Shown here one piece after another: positions 9,273-19,794 of a DNA stretch of 64,000 bases. The position numbers were made by a program, and so were the translations under genes. Below the pieces are notes generated by a model that did no database searches, was not told where the DNA came from, and saw only the letters and a list, made by a program, of their open reading frames with translations. This stretch comes from an uncultured Verrucomicrobiae bacterium (GTDB taxonomy: Bacteria; Verrucomicrobiota; Verrucomicrobiia; Chthoniobacterales; UBA10450), in contig CAWFYE010000002.1 in NCBI GenBank assembly GCA_963819975.1, positions 52,844 to 116,843 of the forward strand. Reading direction: 5' to 3'. Numbering within the stretch: position 1 is the first letter of the stretch; every line of letters starts with the position of its first letter.

Positions 9273-10217
9273 CTACTCGGAGGGAGCGAGCAAGCGGCGG
9301 AAGAGCGCGCGCAGGGCGGACCCTGATTTCGCCGCGAGCGTCGCGCGGAGCAGTAGCCGTCGCACTTCCTGACGCGGGACCTTGATTTTCTCCGCCGCCG
9401 GACCCGCCATGCGTAAGAGCGCAATCGTGCGCGCGCCAATTAACGCCGGGAGCACGGTGGCGAAGCGGACTCGCCAGTTCGTTAGGGCGGCACTGTAATC
9501 GATGCCGCCATGAAGGCCTTGCTCGGCTCGGTCGAGCCAGCGGGTATGGACTTCTTTGAGCGGTGCGAGCGCAAGTTCGTCCGCCGGCAGGTAGTCGCGA
9601 CCGTTTCTCAAATCGGCGCCGCGATCGCGCAGGACGTTGATCAGTTGCAGCCCTTTTCCGTATTCGATCCCGAGCTTTGTCATTTCGTTAGGCGACCGAT
9701 CAGCAAAGGCAGGCAAATGACGAAAGCCGAGCCGGGTCCAGAAATCGCCGACGCAGCCGGCGACGAGATAGGTGTATTCGTCCAACTCGGCCGCGTTGCG
9801 CAGCGCTCGGGACGTCATCGGATCGCCAAACCTTTCCAGGTCGAGTTCCTGGCCGCTGATAATTGTTTCTAGGACGGCGCGGATGTCGACCAGGTCTGCC
9901 TGCTCGAGTTTCGCGAGCCAATCGATGCAGCCGCGCAGATTTTCGATCAGATTGCGCTCAGCTGGATCCGTTTGCTGAACGGCGAAATCGTGAAGTGATT
10001 CTTCGATCGCGTTGAAATCGAGCTCGCCCGCGATGACGCGTGCCAGATTGCGCAGAGTCGTTAGGCGAGTCGGCGCCGGGATCGAAGCTGTGTCGGCGAG
10101 AGTATCGGTCGCCCGAGCCAAAAGGTAGGCCAGGCTGACCGGCTCACGCAGCGGACGGGGAAGAAACTTGATCGTGAGGTAGAACGATCGCGAAACCGAT
10201 TTGAGAATCGCTTTCAC
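9273..10217 (-). CDS. squalene/phytoene synthase family protein (HpnC/HpnD-like)
   Basis: SRSFYLTIKFLP...AYLLARATDTLAD and GKGLQLINVLRDRGADLRNGRDYLP. The GTG start at 10217 overlaps the upstream stop (GTGA). Confidence 0.75.
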   Translation of the reverse strand: MKAILKSVSRSFYLTIKFLPRPLREPVSLAYLLARATDTLADTASIPAPTRLTTLRNLARVIAGELDFNAIEESLHDFAVQQTDPAERNLIENLRGCIDWLAKLEQADLVDIRAVLETIISGQELDLERFGDPMTSRALRNAAELDEYTYLVAGCVGDFWTRLGFRHLPAFADRSPNEMTKLGIEYGKGLQLINVLRDRGADLRNGRDYLPADELALAPLKEVHTRWLDRAEQGLHGGIDYSAALTNWRVRFATVLPALIGARTIALLRMAGPAAEKIKVPRQEVRRLLLRATLAAKSGSALRALFRRLLAPSE

Positions 10218-11329
10218 GGGCCGACGTCGCGGATAATGATCCGGGAAAGATCGGCATTCCCGAGGCCGAATTCTCCCGCCAGCTGGACGTGGGCGCCGAG
10301 TCGTTTGATCGGCGGCACCTTTCGCTTCTTGCGCCATTCTTCGAGTTGGCGGAGGGCGATGGCGTCGATTGCGACCGGGTCTTTGCTCGCATAAAGAGTG
10401 GCGAAAGGGAAGGCGTAACCGGGCTGCGATTCCGGGCCGCCGGCGTATTGCGCAAGGAGGCCATCCATCAGATTAAGCACGACTTTTTGCCCGAGCTGCG
10501 GGTCGGCATACATCTCGGGAATGCTCGAGGCGCCGAAATCCGGTGGAACGCCAAAACGCCGCCAGTTGTCGATGTTTGGAATGGTGACGTTGTAGAGGCA
10601 GCCGGCGACGCCGTTGCGCACACTGTCGCTCAGGACCGGGAGGTTGATGATCTTGGTCACTTCGTTCGCGACGATCTTCGAGAGGTGGCTGACGCTGCTG
10701 GTGTTTTCGGTCTCGCTCAGGAGCGGCATCTGCCCGCGACCGCCGGTGTATTCGAAATCGCCCCAGATGAGGTTGCCGAGAAACGGGGCCGAGACAATTG
10801 CCTTCGGGTCGTAGCCGTCGCGCGGCGGGATTGATCTGAGTTGGTAGCCTTCGTTGCCGGTGTAGCCGGCTTCGCTGATCCCGCCGAGCGATTTATCCCA
10901 GACGATAATGTCGCGGCGGGAATGCCCGGCGGCGACGAGGCCGTCGACGATCGTGTTCACAATCTCGCGGTGAGTGGTGAAAAGTTCGCCGCCCGCGGCC
11001 GAGATTTTGATTCCAATCCGGTCGTTAGGCTTGACCAGGGATCGCCAGGCGCTCGCGATGTCGGGCTGGCGGGTGACGGCGAGAACGAGCGCATTGGTCA
11101 TTCGCCTAACGAGCTGGGAATTGATCTGGTAATCGCGGATCGCGTCCGGATTCTGCGCGCGATAGACGATGGAAGGCGTCGGCGAGGGAGGCGGCTGCTC
11201 CGGTGGCGGGAGGCCCTGGGCGGCTGCGCACCCCGCGCTGGCGACCAGAAAAGCGATTGAGCGAAAGAGGCGAGCGACGATGGTGGACTTTATGGGCGAG
11301 GGGGCGAATGACAACTCCGCGGCAGGCAT
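10214..11329 (-). CDS. secreted DUF362-like protein
   Basis: The VKPNDRIGIKISAAGG...THREIVNTIVDGLVAAGHSRRDIIVWD pattern resembles DUF362. N-terminal signal/lipobox (LVASAGC). Start uncertain (11329 or 11347). Confidence 0.5.
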   Translation of the reverse strand: MPAAELSFAPSPIKSTIVARLFRSIAFLVASAGCAAAQGLPPPEQPPPSPTPSIVYRAQNPDAIRDYQINSQLVRRMTNALVLAVTRQPDIASAWRSLVKPNDRIGIKISAAGGELFTTHREIVNTIVDGLVAAGHSRRDIIVWDKSLGGISEAGYTGNEGYQLRSIPPRDGYDPKAIVSAPFLGNLIWGDFEYTGGRGQMPLLSETENTSSVSHLSKIVANEVTKIINLPVLSDSVRNGVAGCLYNVTIPNIDNWRRFGVPPDFGASSIPEMYADPQLGQKVVLNLMDGLLAQYAGGPESQPGYAFPFATLYASKDPVAIDAIALRQLEEWRKKRKVPPIKRLGAHVQLAGEFGLGNADLSRIIIRDVGP

Positions 11330-12502
11330 CGACGCGGTGCGGCACATCTATGTGCACATTCCGTTTTGTGCCCGGATTTGTCCTTATTGTGCCTTTTACA
11401 AAGAGCGGGCCGACCCGGCGCAGACGATGCGCTTTTGTGAGGCGCTGATGGCGGAATTGCGTCTTGTAGACGCTTCGCTCTGCGAAGCGCGGGGGGAAGC
11501 GACGCGGCAGGATAACGGCAGCGACGTTCCCGCCCGCGCCTCCCAGAGGGAGGCGTCTACAAGGACGATCTTTTTCGGCGGCGGCACTCCGACTGCCCTA
11601 ACGACGAAGATCAAGTCGACTACCTGCTCGGTGGTTTTCACGCGCAGCTCAATTTGTCCGAGCTCGAGGAGTGGACCTTCGAGGCGAACCCCGGGAGCGT
11701 CTCGGAACGGAAGGCGCAGCTCTTGCGCGAGCGGGGTGTTAACCGGATCAGCCTCGGGGTCCAGTCGTTTGATGACGGCTTGCTCCAGTTGCTCGGGCGC
11801 GAACATTCCGCTTCGCAGGCGGAGGCCTCCTTTGCTTTGCTGCGCCGGGCCGGGTTTGAGAATCTTAACATCGATCTGATGTTCGGCCTGCCAGGCCAGA
11901 CGCTCGCGCAATGGGAAGCGACTCTGGAGCGGGCGTTGGCCCTCGAGCCCGATCACATTTCGGCCTATTGCCTGACCTACGAGGAGGACACGGAATTCTT
12001 TCTCCGCCATGCCCGGGGCGAATTCCGGACGGATGCGGAAGCGGACGCCGATTTTTTTGCGCGGACCGACGAATTGTTAGTCGGAGCGGGCTTCGAGCAT
12101 TACGAAGTCTCGAATTACGCGCGGCCCGGTTTCGAGTCGGTGCATAACCGCGCCTATTGGAGCGGGAGCGATTATCTCGGACTCGGGCCAAGCGCGGTCT
12201 CGACCGTCGGGTTGCGACGCTGGCAAAACGTTTCTGACTATCGGATCTATGCCGACCGTTTGTTGAGCGGCGAATCGGCTTCGACCGGCGATGAACTTCT
12301 TACTCCGCGGATGAAGCGTTCGGAGTCGATCGCCCTGTCGCTCCGGACCAATTCGGGAATCCCGGCCGCGTGGGTGCAGGATCGGCCTGACGAAGTGGAG
12401 GAATTCATCCGGCTCGGATTGATGCTGCCGAATGCCGAGCGCTACGTTCTGACACGCGAGGGCCGCTTCCTGGCCGATTCGGTGGCGGAAGCGTTTATCT
12501 AA
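11280..12502 (+). pseudogene. hemW: radical SAM heme chaperone HemW / coproporphyrinogen-III-oxidase-like, frameshifted as assembled
   Basis: HIPFCARICPYCAF and IFFGGGTPTAL are in one frame. NDEDQVDYLL...EWTFEANPGSV...ISLGVQSFDD...NIDLMFGLPGQT continues in another frame from about 11600. Start uncertain (ATG at 11280/11292 or GTG at 11337). Confidence 0.8.
11465..11561. repeat. nested-palindrome repeat element (GTAGACGC...GCGTCTAC termini) inside the hemW coding region
   Basis: TGTAGACGC-[GCTTCGC tct GCGAAGC]-CGGGG...centre...CCCG-[GCCTCCC aga GGGAGGC]-GTCTACA. A second family member lies at 35595-35686. Confidence 0.65.
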
Positions 12503-12527
12503 ACTGCGAACGCACGAATCGCTAGAC

Positions 12528-12653
12528 TGTCATCCCGATCCGCCGCAGGACGGAGAGGGACCCCGCAGTTGCAATCCGCGCCCTTGGGTCACGAGGAAAC
12601 GACTATTAACAATTGAGAGGTCCCTCTCCGCGCTTCGCCGGATCGGGATGACA
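12528..12653. repeat. 126-bp inverted-repeat element between convergent hemW and uppS
   Basis: Outer arms TGTCATCCCGATCCG / CGGATCGGGATGACA (15 bp, perfect). Inner arms GGAGAGGGACC / GGTCCCTCTCC (11 bp, perfect). Central region about 56 nt. Confidence 0.75.
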
Positions 12654-12665
12654 AAGCGAGAAGCC

Positions 12666-13379
12666 TTAGACCCCGCCGTAGCGGCGCTGGCGGCGGCCGA
12701 ATTCGTGGACCGCTTCGAAAAGATCTTCCTTTCCGAAATCGGGCCAGAGTTTCGGGGTCACATACATCTCGGTGTAGGAGAGCTGCCAGAGGAGGAAATT
12801 CGAAATTCGCATCTCGCCCGAGGTGCGGATGAGCAAATCGGGATCGGGATAATAGCGGGTGTAAAGATGTTTGCTGAACATCTCGACGTCGATCATGGCG
12901 GGGTCGATGTGCCCGAGCTCGATCTCGTGGAAGAGGCTCTTGATGCCGTCAATGATCTCGAGTCGGCCGCCGTAACTGAGCGCGAGGATCAGGGTGAGTC
13001 CGTGATTGTTCGACGTCTGCTCGATCGATTTGTGGAGCTGCTTCTGACAGGCCTCCGGCAAATCGGTCAGGCGACCGATCGCCTGGAGTCGGACATTTTT
13101 TTCGACCAGCTCCGGGGTTTTCTCTTTCAGAAAACGCTCGAGCAGATTCATGAGGGCGAAGACTTCGCTTTTCGGGCGCTGCCAATTCTCGGCCGAGAAA
13201 GCGTAAAGGGTGAGGAACTCGATTCGCAGATCGCCGCAGCCCTCGACGCAGGCGCGGACGGCGTCGGCGCCTTTCTCGTGGCCTTTGATTCGCGGGAGGC
13301 CGCGCTCCTTGGCCCAGCGACCGTTGCCATCCATGATGATCGCGACGTGGCGAGGGACCGCCTTTGACGGAGCGACCAT
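12666..13379 (-). CDS. uppS: undecaprenyl diphosphate synthase
   Basis: HVAIIMDGNGRWAKERGLPR and LIRTSGEMRISNFLLWQLSYTE motifs. Confidence 0.92.
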   Translation of the reverse strand: MVAPSKAVPRHVAIIMDGNGRWAKERGLPRIKGHEKGADAVRACVEGCGDLRIEFLTLYAFSAENWQRPKSEVFALMNLLERFLKEKTPELVEKNVRLQAIGRLTDLPEACQKQLHKSIEQTSNNHGLTLILALSYGGRLEIIDGIKSLFHEIELGHIDPAMIDVEMFSKHLYTRYYPDPDLLIRTSGEMRISNFLLWQLSYTEMYVTPKLWPDFGKEDLFEAVHEFGRRQRRYGGV

Positions 13380-13381
13380 GG

Positions 13382-14686
<1,305 letters not shown>

Positions 14687-14831
14687 TCACCCGAAGTCCG
14701 CGGCCACCGCGCCCGAAGATAGGATGGCGACCCGAGGGCGCAAGCTGGTTTTCTTGTCAAAAAGGACAAGACCACTCCCGCCGCGGAAAACGATCTTCTG
14801 CAAACCGGTATCGGTTCGTTAGACCACTCAT

Positions 14832-14984
14832 ATGCGTACCATCCTGATTATCATCCTGCTCCTCCTGCTGATCGGCGCGTTCCCGGCCTGGCCTTACAGC
14901 ACCGGCTGGGGTTACTACCCGGTGGGCGGGATCGGCCTGGTTCTGCTTATTCTCATCATCCTCGCAGTCCTCGGGCGAATTTAG
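14832..14984 (+). CDS. DUF3309-like small membrane protein (50 aa)
   Basis: Not in the ORF track (under 60 aa). ATG at 14832. MRTILIIILLLLLIGAFPAWPYSTGWGYYPVGGIGLVLLILIILAVLGRI matches the WPYS..WGY..GG pattern of DUF3309. Confidence 0.7.
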   Translation: MRTILIIILLLLLIGAFPAWPYSTGWGYYPVGGIGLVLLILIILAVLGRI

Positions 14985-15063
14985 CGGGTTCGTCTGTGAC
15001 GTCTCGGAGACGCGGCGGTTCATGAGTCTGCACGGCTCGCACTTGCAGAGCGAAGCGTCGACA

Positions 15064-15465
15064 TCAGGCTGTCTTGACCTGGATGACGGGAAGCGGAAAG
15101 CGCAGCTTCAATTCATCGCCGAGATAAATCTCGACGTGATGCAGTCCGAACTGCTGGAACTGCACACCGCCAAAATAATGGACGTTGGTCGCGTGCCCTT
15201 CCATTTCCTTGAGATCGAAATTGACCTCCGCTTGCGCGATCGTCTGGTTGTCATCCGGGCCGACAATTTTCGAGCGCTGATGAAACCGCCCCGCGCCGCT
15301 GCACCAGCGGGTCCAAATGCAGAGCCGCATATAATTCACAGGGAGTTTCGGCGTCGGCACGATGTTGAGCACGCCGACCAGGGTTTGCATGCCGTTAAAT
15401 TCACAGCGCACGTCTTCGCACAGCACGCAGCTTTGGAGATCGGGTAACATGGTCTGTGTCTGCAC
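15064..15465 (-). CDS. hypothetical protein
   Basis: 133-aa ORF filling the gap between flanking genes. No motif recognised. Confidence 0.4.
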   Translation of the reverse strand: MQTQTMLPDLQSCVLCEDVRCEFNGMQTLVGVLNIVPTPKLPVNYMRLCIWTRWCSGAGRFHQRSKIVGPDDNQTIAQAEVNFDLKEMEGHATNVHYFGGVQFQQFGLHHVEIYLGDELKLRFPLPVIQVKTA

Positions 15466-15489
15466 GGTCGTAGTTTAACTCGTTTCGCC

Positions 15490-16356
15490 TCAGCGGCCAA
15501 GCAATCCGCTCCAGAGGGCGAAGAGAAGCACGAGCCCGAGGGCGATGCGGTAAATGGCAAACGGCGTGAAGCCATGCCGCCGCACCCAGTGCAAAAACCA
15601 GGCAACGACGACAAAGGCGACGATAAAGGCGGACACGAAACCGAGCGCGAGCACGACCCAAAGATGCGGCGTCATGGTGAGAGGGGCGATTGCTTCAGTC
15701 GCCGCGTGCGGCTTGATCGTCTTCAGTAAATCGTAGCCCGTGGCGGCGAACATCGTCGGAATGGAAAGGAAGAAAGAAAACTCCAGCGCGGCCTCGCGGG
15801 AGAGACCCGCGACCTGCCCGGCGGCGATCGTGCACATCGAGCGCGAGGTCCCGGGAAAGACGGCCGAGAGGACCTGCACGGCGCCGATCCAGATCGCAGT
15901 CGGAAGATTCGTTTCCTCCATTCGTTGAACCTTTGGCCTAACGAAAAACGAGTCGACCAGCCACATCACGATACCGCCGATGAGGAGCGCCCACGCCATC
16001 ACGTTCAGGTTTTCGAGATTTTTGCCGATCAATTTCGTGAGAAGAAAGGCCGGGATTGCGGTCACGAGAAAGGCGATCGCGACCAGGCTCAGGGGGTGGT
16101 TGAGGACTGTCCGGTCGCCGCTCTCTCCGCGTGGGAAGGTGCGTAGAAACTTCAAAATCCGGCGCCAGAAGAACGCCGTCAGCGCGAGGATCGCCCCGAG
16201 CTGGATGACGACGCTGTACATTTTCCAGAATCCGTCTTTCAGATCGATATGGAGGAGTGCCTCGGCGATCCGGAGATGCGCGGTCGAGCTAACGGGCAGG
16301 AATTCGGTCAGCCCTTCGATCACGCCGAGCAGGATGGAGAGAAGATAGTCGTTCAT
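15490..16356 (-). CDS. uppP: undecaprenyl-diphosphate phosphatase
   Basis: GVIEGLTEFLPVSSTAHL and PGTSRS motifs in a polytopic membrane protein. Confidence 0.9.
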   Translation of the reverse strand: MNDYLLSILLGVIEGLTEFLPVSSTAHLRIAEALLHIDLKDGFWKMYSVVIQLGAILALTAFFWRRILKFLRTFPRGESGDRTVLNHPLSLVAIAFLVTAIPAFLLTKLIGKNLENLNVMAWALLIGGIVMWLVDSFFVRPKVQRMEETNLPTAIWIGAVQVLSAVFPGTSRSMCTIAAGQVAGLSREAALEFSFFLSIPTMFAATGYDLLKTIKPHAATEAIAPLTMTPHLWVVLALGFVSAFIVAFVVVAWFLHWVRRHGFTPFAIYRIALGLVLLFALWSGLLGR

Positions 16357-16386
16357 GCAGGTTGCGAAGCGAGAGCGGTCAGTTCG

Positions 16387-16734
<348 letters not shown>

Positions 16735-16767
16735 TTAGGACCGGCGGATTAAAGCAGCAAGCTGCAC

Positions 16768-17754
16768 TCAGTCGAGGGCGGCCAGCTCCGCTTCCACCAT
16801 CTCACGGACGAGCGCGGCGAAGTCCTTCTGCGGTTTCCAACCAAGGACGCGGCGAATTTTTTCCGATGATCCGACCAGTTTGGAAGGTTCGTTAGGCCGC
16901 TCGAAGGACGCGTCGTGTTTCAGGTATTTTTCAGGGGAAAGATCGACCACCGCGAAGGCCGCCTCGACGAAATCCTGGACGGAATGCGCTTCTCCGGTCG
17001 CCACTACATAATCGTCCGGCTTGGAATGCTGCAGCATGCGCCACATCGCCTCGACATAATCCTGGGCGCGGCCCCAGTCGCGTCGCGCGGAAGTATTTCC
17101 GAGCACCACTTCCTGCTCGAGCCCGCGGCTGATCCGCGCCACCGCGCGCGCGATCTTCCGGGTGACGAAGTTCTCTCCGCGCCGGGGCGACTCGTGGTTG
17201 TAGAGAATGCCGTTGCAAACAAAGAGGCCGTAGGCCTGCCGGTAAACCCGCGCCAGTTGGGTCGCGAACGCCTTCGCGCAGCCGTACGGACTGGCCGGGC
17301 GAAAAGCCGTCTCTTCCGTTTGCGGCGAATCAGCTGCCGCTCCGAAAATTTCCGAGCTCGAGGCGTGATAGAAGCGGAGCGGCTGCGCTTGATCGCGCGA
17401 AATCTCGAGCAAACGCAAAGTGGCCATCGCGACTTCTTCCGAAGTCGACTCCGGGATTTCAAAACTCAACCCGACATGGCTCTGGCCGGCGAGATGATAA
17501 ACTTCGGCCGGCTGCACCTTGGCAAAAATGCGGCGAAGCGTCGTTCCGTCGGTCAAGTCCCCGTAGTGCAGAAAAAGCCGCTGGCCATAAAGCGAATCAT
17601 CGCCCCGTAGGTGTTCGATCCGGGAGCGGAGAAGATTACTCGTCCGCCTCACGACACCGTGAACATCGTAGCCCTTCGCGAGGAGCAACTCGGTCAGATA
17701 AGAACCATCCTGGCCGGTGATGCCAGTAATGAGTGCGCACTTCGCCGCGGCCAT
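16768..17754 (-). CDS. gmd: GDP-mannose 4,6-dehydratase
   Basis: ALITGITGQDGSYLTELLL, YGCAKAF and ILYNHESPRRG motifs. Confidence 0.9.
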   Translation of the reverse strand: MAAAKCALITGITGQDGSYLTELLLAKGYDVHGVVRRTSNLLRSRIEHLRGDDSLYGQRLFLHYGDLTDGTTLRRIFAKVQPAEVYHLAGQSHVGLSFEIPESTSEEVAMATLRLLEISRDQAQPLRFYHASSSEIFGAAADSPQTEETAFRPASPYGCAKAFATQLARVYRQAYGLFVCNGILYNHESPRRGENFVTRKIARAVARISRGLEQEVVLGNTSARRDWGRAQDYVEAMWRMLQHSKPDDYVVATGEAHSVQDFVEAAFAVVDLSPEKYLKHDASFERPNEPSKLVGSSEKIRRVLGWKPQKDFAALVREMVEAELAALD

Positions 17755-17841
17755 GGCGGATGAATGAACGATGCGCGCGGCCCAGACAAGAGGAAACGTG
17801 CGCGCCGTGCTGTAGCCGGGGGCGGTGACCCCGGCCGGGAG

Positions 17842-19098
17842 CTATCGCTGCGAGCCGCGCCCGAAGATATAGGCCGCGCCGTTGTTATAGGCGGAATCGG
17901 CCGTCCCGAGAAGGCCGCGTTTTCCAGAAAGTGAGACGGAGACGCTATTGAAGTTTCCGATCGGACCATCAGACGGTGTGAACTTGCGCTGCTGATTCCA
18001 TTGCGCGCCGTCGAAGGAGAAGAGATAAGCCGCGGAAGGCCCGTCGCTGCTATTCCTCGACGCCCCGACGAGAGCACGCGTCCCGGAAAGTGAAACGGAT
18101 TCGCCAAAGAAATCATTCGCTTCCTCGTCATCGGCGACAAGTTTGGCTTCCTCGTTCCAGGTCGTGCCGTCAAAGGCGAAGACATACGCCGCGCCGCTCC
18201 ACACGCCATTTTCCTCATCAAACGGAGCACCGATCAAAGCGCGATCTGTCGAAAGCGACACCATCGCGCCAAAAGACTGCTGGCCCACCTCGACCACAGT
18301 GAGTTTGGCCTCCTGGCTCCAGCTCGCCCCGCGGGAGATGAAGACGTAGGCCGCACGCGCCAGTTGCGAGCCCGCCAGCGCCCGGTCTCCCGCTAGCGAA
18401 ACGGAAACCCCGAGCCCATCAGAGCTCTCGCCGTCACCCGCGGTCAGCTTCGCCTCCTGCGTCCAGGCGGCGCCGTCAAAGGCGAAAACGTAGGCGGCGC
18501 CTTTGCCCCCGTTAGCGCCAGTCGACCCTACCAGAGCGCGATCCCCCGAGAGCGAAACAGAAGTCCCGAAATAGCCCGACCTCTTCTGGTCGGCCGGTGT
18601 CAGCTTGGCCTGCTCGATCCAGGTCGTGCCATCGAAGACAAAGACATAAGCCGCCCCGCCTAACGCGCCATTATCCTGATCATTGTCGGCCCCAATGATG
18701 GCCCGATCGCCGAGCAGGCAGACAGACTTACCAAACACATCCTGCCCCCCGCCGTCGGCCGGCTTGAGCTTTGCTTCTTCCTTCCAGGTCGTGCCGTCGA
18801 ACACAAAAACGTAAGCCGCACCGCTGTTCACGCCATTGTCACTGTCACGATCGGCACCAACAAGTGCGCGGTTGCCAGAAAGAGAGACGTGTGAACCGAA
18901 GGCATCGCTTGCTGTGCCCCCGGCCGGCACGAGTTTGGCCTGCTCACTGATGGTTGCCTCGACAATCTGCGCCAGCGTTTCTGGCGCTCCTGCGCGCACG
19001 GCGTTTGGGCTTGCGACAGACAAAAGAGCAAGCAATGCCAGACCAAGCCAGGAACCATTCAAGGCCGCGAAAAAACGGTGGGACAGGGTTGTTATCAT
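17842..19098 (-). CDS. secreted FG-GAP-like beta-propeller repeat protein
   Basis: Signal peptide, then about seven repeats of about 55 aa (GAAYVFVFDGTTW..EAKL...FG.SVSLSGDRALVGA). Confidence 0.7.
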   Translation of the reverse strand: MITTLSHRFFAALNGSWLGLALLALLSVASPNAVRAGAPETLAQIVEATISEQAKLVPAGGTASDAFGSHVSLSGNRALVGADRDSDNGVNSGAAYVFVFDGTTWKEEAKLKPADGGGQDVFGKSVCLLGDRAIIGADNDQDNGALGGAAYVFVFDGTTWIEQAKLTPADQKRSGYFGTSVSLSGDRALVGSTGANGGKGAAYVFAFDGAAWTQEAKLTAGDGESSDGLGVSVSLAGDRALAGSQLARAAYVFISRGASWSQEAKLTVVEVGQQSFGAMVSLSTDRALIGAPFDEENGVWSGAAYVFAFDGTTWNEEAKLVADDEEANDFFGESVSLSGTRALVGASRNSSDGPSAAYLFSFDGAQWNQQRKFTPSDGPIGNFNSVSVSLSGKRGLLGTADSAYNNGAAYIFGRGSQR

Positions 19099-19250
19099 GA
19101 CCTGCGAGAGGAGCGATTTGGCCCGCGAAAGTCAAGAATATTTCCTGCGTTCGGTGTAAGAAGGAACAAGGATTTTTTTATCAGCAAGCGCTCGGCGAGC
19201 GCCGCCTCTTCGCCGATCTCCTTTTCACGGATAAACTGTTTTGGTTTTGC

Positions 19251-19733
19251 ATGAATCGACAGCTCCTGATTGCGCAGTTCGACAGAGTTATTCCGCTGGC
19301 TGGGCGCTGGGCGGAGGGACTCGAGGCCCGCATTCTGCGTGAAGGTGTTCCGCTCACAATCGAGGAAACCGCGGATGCCCGAGCCCTTGGCGTGCGAGAG
19401 CCCGAACGCGTGCGTTTGCTCTCACTCGCGAGCGTGCCTGTACCTGACGATCTCATCTTGCGAGCCGCTGCCGCGGCGGTGCAATTTATTACTCCCGCCA
19501 CCCGCGGTCTCGCTTTGCGTTACGGAATTTTTGTCCGCAGCGATTGCTGGCGGGAGCGTAGGCTCATCGCGCATGAGCTTGCTCATACCGAACAGTACGA
19601 GCGGCTTGGCGGCATCGAACCTTTCCTGCGCCGCTATCTGGGCGAATGTCTCACCATCGGTTATCCCGCCGCCCCGATGGAGCAGGAGGCGATCACGGCA
19701 GCCGGCCGGCTCAACGCCAGCCGGTTTGCCTAA
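19251..19733 (+). CDS. hypothetical protein with HExxH metallopeptidase-like motif
   Basis: 160-aa ORF with an AHELAHTEQYE motif. No further assignment. Confidence 0.5.
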   Translation: MNRQLLIAQFDRVIPLAGRWAEGLEARILREGVPLTIEETADARALGVREPERVRLLSLASVPVPDDLILRAAAAAVQFITPATRGLALRYGIFVRSDCWRERRLIAHELAHTEQYERLGGIEPFLRRYLGECLTIGYPAAPMEQEAITAAGRLNASRFA

Positions 19734-19794
19734 CGAAAGGCTTGCCTGCGCTTTTGATTGCCGCGGGCGGCTTCCTTGTTAGGATGCGACCATC

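Noticed and set aside
10214-10217. 4-nt start/stop overlaps (GTGA at 10214-10217; ATGA at 3244-3247, 32540-32543 and 49274-49277).
   Set aside because: This is ordinary translational coupling in compact bacterial operons. It is recorded in the feature evidence only.
14995-15015. Palindrome CGTCTC-G-GAGACG between the convergent DUF3309 gene and the 15064-15465 ORF.
   Set aside because: The stem is only 6 bp with essentially no loop and no T-run. This is too little to call a terminator or a copy of the GTAGACGC element.
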